DNA of 64,000 nucleotides from Rhabdothermincola salaria (GTDB lineage Bacteria; Actinomycetota; Acidimicrobiia; Acidimicrobiales; Acidimicrobilacustridaceae): NCBI RefSeq assembly GCF_021246445.1, contig NZ_JAJQXW010000002.1, positions 186,001 to 250,000 of the forward strand, read 5' to 3'. Shown piece by piece: positions 57,904 to 64,000 of this stretch (position 1 is its first letter; each line of letters starts with the position of its first letter). The notes under the pieces were generated by a model. It saw only the letters and a program-made list of their open reading frames with translations, ran no database searches and was not told where the DNA came from. The position numbers and the translations under genes were made by a program.

Positions 57904-58785
57904 TCAGGCGTCCTCGGTCACCGGGGCCGGTTCCGGCCGGCGGTTGCCCTGCACCCGCCGCCATGTCCAGACGGCGCCTCCGACGACTGCCAGGGCGGCG
58001 CCCACCACAACCACCCCGGTGACGGGATCGTCGGGCACGAGGGTCTGCTGGAGCCAGGTCTGCAACTCGGTGGCCCGGTCGACGATGGGGTCCCGGCCGT
58101 CGCCGCCGGAGAGGACCCGCACCTCGAACCACCCGTACCAGGCGACGTAGGCACCGGCCAGCAACAACAAGACCCCGGAGAACCGTGAGACGTAGGGCAG
58201 CGCCCGACGCAGCCGAGTGGCCAACCCGGCCCGGGCCAGCGCGGCGGCGACGGTGAGGGCGGTGACCACCACGCCCATGCCGAGGGCGTAGACCACGAAC
58301 ACGGTGACCCCCGAGGCCACGTTGGTCGAGCTGAAGGTGGACGAGGTCACCGCCAGGAAGGGCCCGATGGTGCACGACAGCGACGCCACCGCGTAGGAGA
58401 CGCCGAACAGGAACATGGAGGGGAGGCTTCCGTCGCGTCCGCCCTTGCCCAGCTTGGGGATCTTGAGGGTGATCTCGCGACCGGCGAGCATGGCCACGCC
58501 GAGGCCGACGAGGGCCACCCCGATGACGATGGTGACCCACGGCAGGTAGCGCTCGACCGAGACCGCCAGCGGGCTGATGACGAGCCCGAAGAGCCCGAAC
58601 ACGAGAACGAACCCGAGAGTCAGCGCCCCGCTCACCGCGAAGGCCCGGGGCACCGCTCCCACACCGGGCTGGTGTCCCTCGCCCACGAAGGCGGCGAGGT
58701 AGGCGGGGAGCAGCGCGAACCCGCACGGGTTCACGGTGGCGGCCATCCCGGCCGCCAGCGCGAGAGCGAAGGGACCTTCCAGCAT
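57904..58785 (-). CDS. CcdA/DsbD-family thiol-disulfide membrane transporter
   Basis: NPCGFALLPAY and SLSCTIGPF. Confidence 0.85.
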   Translation of the reverse strand: MLEGPFALALAAGMAATVNPCGFALLPAYLAAFVGEGHQPGVGAVPRAFAVSGALTLGFVLVFGLFGLVISPLAVSVERYLPWVTIVIGVALVGLGVAMLAGREITLKIPKLGKGGRDGSLPSMFLFGVSYAVASLSCTIGPFLAVTSSTFSSTNVASGVTVFVVYALGMGVVVTALTVAAALARAGLATRLRRALPYVSRFSGVLLLLAGAYVAWYGWFEVRVLSGGDGRDPIVDRATELQTWLQQTLVPDDPVTGVVVVGAALAVVGGAVWTWRRVQGNRRPEPAPVTEDA

Positions 58786-58790
58786 CGGCG

Positions 58791-59318
58791 TCAGGTGGCG
58801 TCGGCGAGACTCGTCATGCGCTCGACGAGGGCGTCCTCACCCATGGTCCCGACGAAGACCTCCACCTCACCGCTGGCACCGACGAAGGCGAACGCCGGTT
58901 GCGCGAACACGCCGTAGTCCGACCAGATCGACCCGTCGGCGTCGACCACGTGCTCCAGCGCCCCCGTACCGGTGTCCGCGACGAAGCCCTCCATCGCTGG
59001 AATCTCGCCTCGACCCGCGACCCCGACCACCTGGACCCGCCCGTCGAAGGCCTCGGCTGCAGCCACGACGTCCGGCGCCTCGGCTCGACAGCTCGTGCAC
59101 CACGGCGCCCAGAACCACAGCACCGAAGGTGCCCCCTCGAGGGAGGCCGAGTCGAACTCGCCACCGCTCACCGTGGCCGCGGTGAACCCCGGGGCGGCGG
59201 CATCGCCGGCACCGGAGGGCCCCTGCGCCCCACCATCGGAGGAGCTGCCCCCGCAGGCCGCAGCCACCAGCCCGAACCCGAACACGACGGCCAGAGCGCG
59301 AATCCACATTCGTTGCAT
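58791..59318 (-). CDS. TlpA/ResA-like thioredoxin lipoprotein
   Basis: Lipobox AAAC; FWAPWCTSC; QP. Confidence 0.85.
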   Translation of the reverse strand: MQRMWIRALAVVFGFGLVAAACGGSSSDGGAQGPSGAGDAAAPGFTAATVSGGEFDSASLEGAPSVLWFWAPWCTSCRAEAPDVVAAAEAFDGRVQVVGVAGRGEIPAMEGFVADTGTGALEHVVDADGSIWSDYGVFAQPAFAFVGASGEVEVFVGTMGEDALVERMTSLADAT

Positions 59319-59326
59319 GCCTCGCC

Positions 59327-59352
59327 AACCCGCTTCGTCGCAACGGCATTCC
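59327..59352 (-). promoter_or_regulatory. ECF promoter, probably leaderless
   Basis: GGAAT-N17-GGTT, 8 nt before ATG 59318. Confidence 0.75.
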
Positions 59353-59404
59353 CGCCCGTGTCCGCGTCCGCGCCGGGCGACCGGCCGACCGGCCGCGCCC
59401 GATC

Positions 59405-59430
59405 GGAATGCCTCCGCCGCCCACCGGGTT
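59405..59430 (+). promoter_or_regulatory. ECF promoter in front of a truncated gene
   Basis: GGAAT-N17-GGTT. Confidence 0.7.
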
Positions 59431-59438
59431 CTCGGCGC

Positions 59439-59624
59439 CTGCCCACCGACGCCGACCTGACGGCCTTCACGAACGCCGGCTACCGAGAGGAGGAGGTGCT
59501 GCAGATCGTCCTCGCCATCGCCGTGAAGACGATCAGCAACTACACCAACCACCTGTGCCACACCGAGGTGGACGACGTCTTCTCCCAGCGATCCTGGTCC
59601 GACCCGGGACACGCCGCCGGCTGA
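59439..59624 (+). pseudogene. C-terminal remnant of a carboxymuconolactone decarboxylase/AhpD-family gene
   Basis: DADLTAFTNAGY.EEEVLQIVLAIAVKTISNYTNHL. Confidence 0.7.
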
Positions 59625-59802
59625 CCGGCGCCTTTCGGCGCGGACCAGGACGAGTGTCTCGCCGACATCTGGCACCCCTAGGTGCTCGACAGCACGCGCA
59701 CAGAAGGCCGAGGGCGGCGTAGGGGCGGCATCGGTTACCGGGAGCCTGTTGCAGCCAATAGGGTCAGAGAAGCCATGCGGACTCCCGACCGAGAGGTGGC
59801 CG

Positions 59803-60213
59803 ATGCCTGAACCTCTCCAGAAGCGCGAGTCCTGGCGACACCAGCTGCCCCTGGTCGTCGGCGCGATGGCGGTGGCGGTGCTGGTCCTCGTGGGGTGTGG
59901 CGATGACGGCACCGACAACGCGGCCCAGAGCACCTCAGCCGAACGAGGAGCCGAGGTCTACACCGACAGCTGCGCCTCGTGTCATGGCTCTGAGCTCGAG
60001 GGCACGGATCAGGGTCCGTCACTGCTGTCGATCGTCTACGAGCCGGGTCATCACCCCGACGAGGCCTTCCGAAGCGCGATCGCCAACGGCGCCCCCCAGC
60101 ACCACTGGCAGTTCGGCGCGATGCCCCCCGTGGAGGGGCTCGACCCGGCTGGTGTCGACGCCGTCATCGGTTTCATCCGGTCCCAGCAGGAGACGCAGGG
60201 CTTCCAGCGCTAG
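59803..60213 (+). CDS. Monoheme cytochrome c lipoprotein
   Basis: LVGC lipobox, CASCH, distal MP; GAGAGG RBS. Confidence 0.85.
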   Translation: MPEPLQKRESWRHQLPLVVGAMAVAVLVLVGCGDDGTDNAAQSTSAERGAEVYTDSCASCHGSELEGTDQGPSLLSIVYEPGHHPDEAFRSAIANGAPQHHWQFGAMPPVEGLDPAGVDAVIGFIRSQQETQGFQR

Positions 60214-60287
60214 CAGTCAGGCCGCGACCACGGAGCAGATCCCGGCGCGTCACCCGGTGGCCCCTCCTCCCGGCCGGGAACGCGCCC

Positions 60288-60449
60288 GGCAGCATCGGCA
60301 TCGCCCGCGCGACCGGGCACTCGGCTGACAAGCTGCTGCACGACGCCGACGTCGCGATGTACCAGGCCAAAGCCAACGGGAAGCACGGCATCGTGACCTT
60401 CGCCGCCGAGACGGCACACACCCGCCACGACCGCGTCACCCTCGACTAG
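60288..60449 (+). pseudogene. C-terminal remnant of a GGDEF domain
   Basis: SIGIA..ADKLLHDADVAMYQAKANGK. Confidence 0.7.
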
Positions 60450-60589
60450 CCCTCTGAGGCGGGAGTGCGACTCGGTCGAACGGTTCCTCCGCGCACGACC
60501 CCTCGGCCCCGACCCCCTCGGGGAGTTCCGCGCCAGAGCCTGAAGCGGGCGCCACGCCGCGGTCGTCGCGTCCAGCTGCTCGTCCCAGC

Positions 60590-61435
60590 TCACGGTCGAT
60601 CTCCTTCGACGTTCAATGCCGTGAAGTCGGGCAGCCCCACCTCGCGGACCGTGTCGGCCCCATAGAGCCTCTCGGCGATCGCCGCCATGCTCGGCATGAC
60701 CGGGATGTTGAGGCCGCCGTCGACACCGAAGTCCTGGCCGGTGATCCACGATCCCTCGTCGGTCGCCAGGAAGACCACGGCGTTGCCTATGTCGGCCGGG
60801 GTGCCCTCCCTCGGGAGCGGCGTCGCCCGCACGAGGGTTCCGTGCAGCTCGTCGCTGGCCGCCGCCTCCATGGTCTCGGTGGCGACATAGCCGGGCTGCA
60901 CGCTGTTCACCCGGATGGCATGCGGGGAGAGCTCGATGGCGGCACAGCGCACGAACATGTCGAGGGCGGCCTTGGACACGACGTAGGGCGCCAGCCACGG
61001 CTGGACTTTGGTGCCCGAGGTCGACGATATGGCGACGATGCTCCCCCCTCCGTGCTCCCTCATCACCGCGGACGCGTGCTTCGTGCACAGGGCGGTGCCG
61101 ACCACGTTGAGGCGGAAGCAGAACTCCCAGGCCTCGGGACCCAGCTCGGAGACTGCCCCAGGGAAACCGCTGCCGGCGTTGGCCACCAACACATCGAGGT
61201 TCTTCCCGGCCGCGGCCACCGTCACCGCGTGCTCGACCTGCTCCTCGTCGGTGACGTCGCACGCGACGGTGGTGATGTCACCACCGAGTCGCCCGGCGGC
61301 GTCGTCGAGGACGTCCTGGCGGCGCCCGGCGATGGTCACCGCCGCTCCCGCCGCCACGAGCCGCTCAGCACAGCCGAAGCCGATGCCGGTGCCCCCACCC
61401 GTCACGAGCGCCCGGCGCCCTCGTAGATCACCCAT
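60590..61435 (-). CDS. SDR family oxidoreductase
   Basis: TGGGTGIG, NAG, YVVSK. Confidence 0.9.
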   Translation of the reverse strand: MGDLRGRRALVTGGGTGIGFGCAERLVAAGAAVTIAGRRQDVLDDAAGRLGGDITTVACDVTDEEQVEHAVTVAAAGKNLDVLVANAGSGFPGAVSELGPEAWEFCFRLNVVGTALCTKHASAVMREHGGGSIVAISSTSGTKVQPWLAPYVVSKAALDMFVRCAAIELSPHAIRVNSVQPGYVATETMEAAASDELHGTLVRATPLPREGTPADIGNAVVFLATDEGSWITGQDFGVDGGLNIPVMPSMAAIAERLYGADTVREVGLPDFTALNVEGDRP

Positions 61436-61570
61436 CAGTCATCCCCCTGGACCTGTCTCGGCGGCGTCGGCCACCGACCACCGCATGATCGCGGCCCCCG
61501 AGGCTGGCTGCCCATCGTCATTCATCGAGGGCCCCCGCTCAGCGCTCGGTTCCTCCCGCCACCCGTGGCA

Positions 61571-62818
61571 TCAAGACCGCTGCTGGACCCCGGCGACGAT
61601 CGCCTTCAGGTACGCGCCTTCGTCGAAGCCGATGGGGTGGTCGAGCGGGTGGCCGGTGCGGGCCAACTCGTCGAGGCCGACCCCCGCCGCGGCGGCGGCA
61701 CCCCGCACGGCCCCGAAGAAGGCCTCGGCCGACACCCGAGCGGAGCACGATGCCTGCACGAGCACGCCGCCCTCGGCCACGAGCCGGACGGCCAGATCAG
61801 TGAGCCGCCCGTAGGCGCGCAGGGCCCCGGGCACGCTGGACTGCCGCTGGGCGAACGAAGGCGGGTCGACCACCACCAGATCGAACCGGGCGCCCTGGTC
61901 GACGAGCCGGGCCATGACCTCGAAGGCGTCGCCGGTGATCGTCTCGTGACGGCAGCGGGCCACGGCCGGCTGGTCCCGGTTGCGTTCCAGGTTTCGGCGG
62001 GCGGCCTGGATGGCGGCATGGCTCACGTCGACACTGGTCACCGAGGTGGCCCCTCCGGCGGCGGCGGCCAGGGAGAAGCCACCCGTGCAGGAGAAGACGT
62101 CGAGCACCCTCGCACCGCCCGCCATGGAGCGCACCAGCTGGCGGTTGTCGCGCTGGTCGAGGAAGTAGCCGGTCTTCTGACCGGCGACGACGTCGGCTTC
62201 GAGCACCAAGCCGTGCTCGCGGAAGGGCACCGGTGCCGCCGGCGGCGCCCCAACCAGCGTCGTGCCGTCGGTGAGCCCGGCCAGGTCCCGGCGCTGCAAC
62301 GCACGGCTCAGCCGCAGGACCACCGCCTCGGGACCCATCAGGTCCACCAGCGCGTCGACGACGGTGCGCAGGTGCGGCAGCCACGCGGCGGAGTACAGCT
62401 TGATCACCAGCACCGAGTCGTAGCGGTCGACCACCAGGCCCGGGAAGCCGTCGTTCTCGCCGTGCACGAGGCGGAGCCCGGACGTGTCGGGTGAGGCCAA
62501 GAGCGGTGCACGGCGCTCGATGGCGTCCGCCAGCCGTCGGTGCCACCACTGCGGGGTGATCGTCTCGGGTTCGCCGTGGTGGAGCACCCGCACGCGGATC
62601 GGCGAGTCCGGGTCGTAGAGCCCGATGGCCTGGAACCGGCGCTGACGGTCGAACACCACGGCCAGATCGCCCATCTGGCCCTCCCCGCCGGTCGAGGTGA
62701 TCGACGCCTCGAAGACCCAGGGGTGGCCGCGCCGGACGTGGCGGCGGGCGTCGTCGTTCACCCGGACCGCCAGCCGCCGCTCGTTGGGTCGGGGCAGCCG
62801 ATCCAGCACGTCGCTCAT
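61571..62818 (-). CDS. RlmI-like class I SAM-dependent rRNA methyltransferase
   Basis: GHPWVF (PUA), GQKTGYFLDQRDNR, LDVFSCTGGF, VVDPPSF, YLK. Confidence 0.88.
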   Translation of the reverse strand: MSDVLDRLPRPNERRLAVRVNDDARRHVRRGHPWVFEASITSTGGEGQMGDLAVVFDRQRRFQAIGLYDPDSPIRVRVLHHGEPETITPQWWHRRLADAIERRAPLLASPDTSGLRLVHGENDGFPGLVVDRYDSVLVIKLYSAAWLPHLRTVVDALVDLMGPEAVVLRLSRALQRRDLAGLTDGTTLVGAPPAAPVPFREHGLVLEADVVAGQKTGYFLDQRDNRQLVRSMAGGARVLDVFSCTGGFSLAAAAGGATSVTSVDVSHAAIQAARRNLERNRDQPAVARCRHETITGDAFEVMARLVDQGARFDLVVVDPPSFAQRQSSVPGALRAYGRLTDLAVRLVAEGGVLVQASCSARVSAEAFFGAVRGAAAAAGVGLDELARTGHPLDHPIGFDEGAYLKAIVAGVQQRS

Positions 62819-62899
62819 GGGTGCCCCACGGTAGGCCCAGGCGGCCCGCAATCTCACCTGTCGATCGGTGATGGGCACTGCCGACGGGCGCGACGCGAC

Positions 62900-63196
62900 C
62901 TACCCGGGGCGAGGGGAGCCCGCGGAGCGGGGTCGCGCGTCGGACGGCGCCGCACCCGACGGCGTCGCGACCTCGGGCGGGCCGTGGCCGTTCGGGTAGA
63001 TGGAGCGCGTCTCGGAACGCCGGCCGTGCTGCTTCACGACATCGCTCAGGTAGAGCTTCGGAAGGATCTTGAAGATCGAGAGCGAGACGTAGAGGATCGT
63101 GTTGATCGCCACGAAGGTCGACAGCACCGCGAACCAGTGCGTCTCGATCAGGGACTCGGGGAGGACCGTGGCGCTGACCAGCGTCGCGAGGCTCAT
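62900..63196 (-). CDS. Small single-TM protein coupled to the glycosyltransferase
   Basis: ATGA overlap, GGAGG RBS, one hydrophobic segment. Confidence 0.6.
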   Translation of the reverse strand: MSLATLVSATVLPESLIETHWFAVLSTFVAINTILYVSLSIFKILPKLYLSDVVKQHGRRSETRSIYPNGHGPPEVATPSGAAPSDARPRSAGSPRPG

Positions 63197-64000
63197 GCCG
63201 CCACCGCCTCGTCGACCTCGAGCGCCTCGGGCGACCCGGCCGCCTCGTGGGGCACGTGACCCCACTCGGCCCGGCGGGCGAAGGTGATGTCGAGCACACC
63301 CTTGACGTAGACCACATCGAGGAAGAGGTCGTAGAGCAGCTCCGGGAGCAACAGAGCGGCGAGCAGGCGCGCCCGCCAACCCCCGGACCACACGCTGATC
63401 ACCCGGTCGATCACGAAGATCCCACCGATGCCGAGCCAGAACGGGTACCAGACCCAGTTGGGAGTGGCCAGGGCGGCGATGCCGAGGAGCACCCAGAACG
63501 CCGTCAGGGCGATGACGCTGTAGCCGATGCCCAGCTGTTGGGCCCAGTACCGCACGAGGGAGGGCTTGAACCCATAGGCCCCGAGGTTCTCCAGGGCACC
63601 GCGCTGCCAGCGCAGCCGTTGGTTCCACAGGTGGCGCCACTTGGGCATCAGCTCGGTGACCACCCGGCAACCGTGGGGGCTGGTCATGAGCGCACCGAGG
63701 CTCTTGAGAGCGAGGGTCAGCTCGTTGTCCTCGGTGAGGGCGGCCGTGTCGTAGACGTCGCCGGGCGTCCCCGGGATCAGCGTGCCGCGGGAACGAGCCA
63801 CCTCGCGCAAGCCGGCGGACCGGAAGATCGAGGCGGTGCCGGTGAGCACGTACACCCGACCCCGGCGTCGTTCGAGCTCGCGGCTGTAGCGGACGTACTC
63901 GTTGCGCTGGAACTGGGCGAGAAGCCCGCCGGTGTCATCGCCGTAGAACAGGCCCCCGATGCTCATGATGGCTCGGTCGTCGGTGAGGCGCTGCACGGCG
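63193..64000 (-). CDS. GT2 family processive glycosyltransferase (5' end outside the window)
   Basis: LTED and QRLRW motifs, C-terminal TM helices. Confidence 0.88.
   Translation of the reverse strand, partial: AVQRLTDDRAIMSIGGLFYGDDTGGLLAQFQRNEYVRYSRELERRRGRVYVLTGTASIFRSAGLREVARSRGTLIPGTPGDVYDTAALTEDNELTLALKSLGALMTSPHGCRVVTELMPKWRHLWNQRLRWQRGALENLGAYGFKPSLVRYWAQQLGIGYSVIALTAFWVLLGIAALATPNWVWYPFWLGIGGIFVIDRVISVWSGGWRARLLAALLLPELLYDLFLDVVYVKGVLDITFARRAEWGHVPHEAAGSPEALEVDEAVAA

Noticed and set aside
48688..58150. Long alternative ORFs (e.g. 48688..51291+, 55874..58150+, 56265..57818-)
   Set aside because: Antisense or off-frame shadows of recognisable genes, expected at high GC.
1..64000. CRISPR array, cas genes or rRNA
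   Set aside because: No regularly spaced repeats or rRNA sequence seen; the RecB-like gene is TM0106-type, not cas4.

Overview
High-GC window, probably from an actinobacterium (class Acidimicrobiia is a guess from gene content). It is almost entirely accessory DNA in three blocks. (1) 1-32.2 kb is a defence/conflict island: a TM0106 RecB-like nuclease, a dual-specificity phosphatase, an HDAC-family deacetylase, a DUF3293-GIY-YIG fusion, a PglW-like NERD-kinase and an extra RpoD-like sigma factor. These are followed by a tightly coupled operon (type IIG-like N6-adenine MTase, PLD-SNF2 helicase, DUF3293, DUF6361-like protein, double-PLD protein), then IS and gene debris and three zinc-ribbon membrane proteins. 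(2) About 32.2-42.1 kb is a ~9.9 kb integrative element with a tyrosine integrase and excisionase. It is bounded by a clean tRNA-Arg(ACG) 3' fragment on the right and a decayed copy on the left, each with paired AGGTAGCA(A/G)C arm-type repeats. It carries a beta-clamp-like/YbjN-chaperone fusion operon, a probable pseudo-methyltransferase and a highly structured intergenic segment. (3) 42.2-64 kb starts with an integrase remnant, a BVMO, a cupin and a truncated globin. The strongest signal follows: a ~13 kb thiol-redox cluster built around a SigR/SigH-like ECF sigma factor with two zf-HC2 anti-sigma genes. Eleven copies of a GGAA(T/G)-N17/18-GGTT promoter, including four divergent pairs and several apparently leaderless starts, precede nearly every transcription unit. 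One of those units pairs an uncharacterised radical SAM enzyme, with motifs reminiscent of Tes/GDGT-MAS, with a CDP-alcohol phosphatidyltransferase. All family calls were made by eye from motifs; no searches were run.
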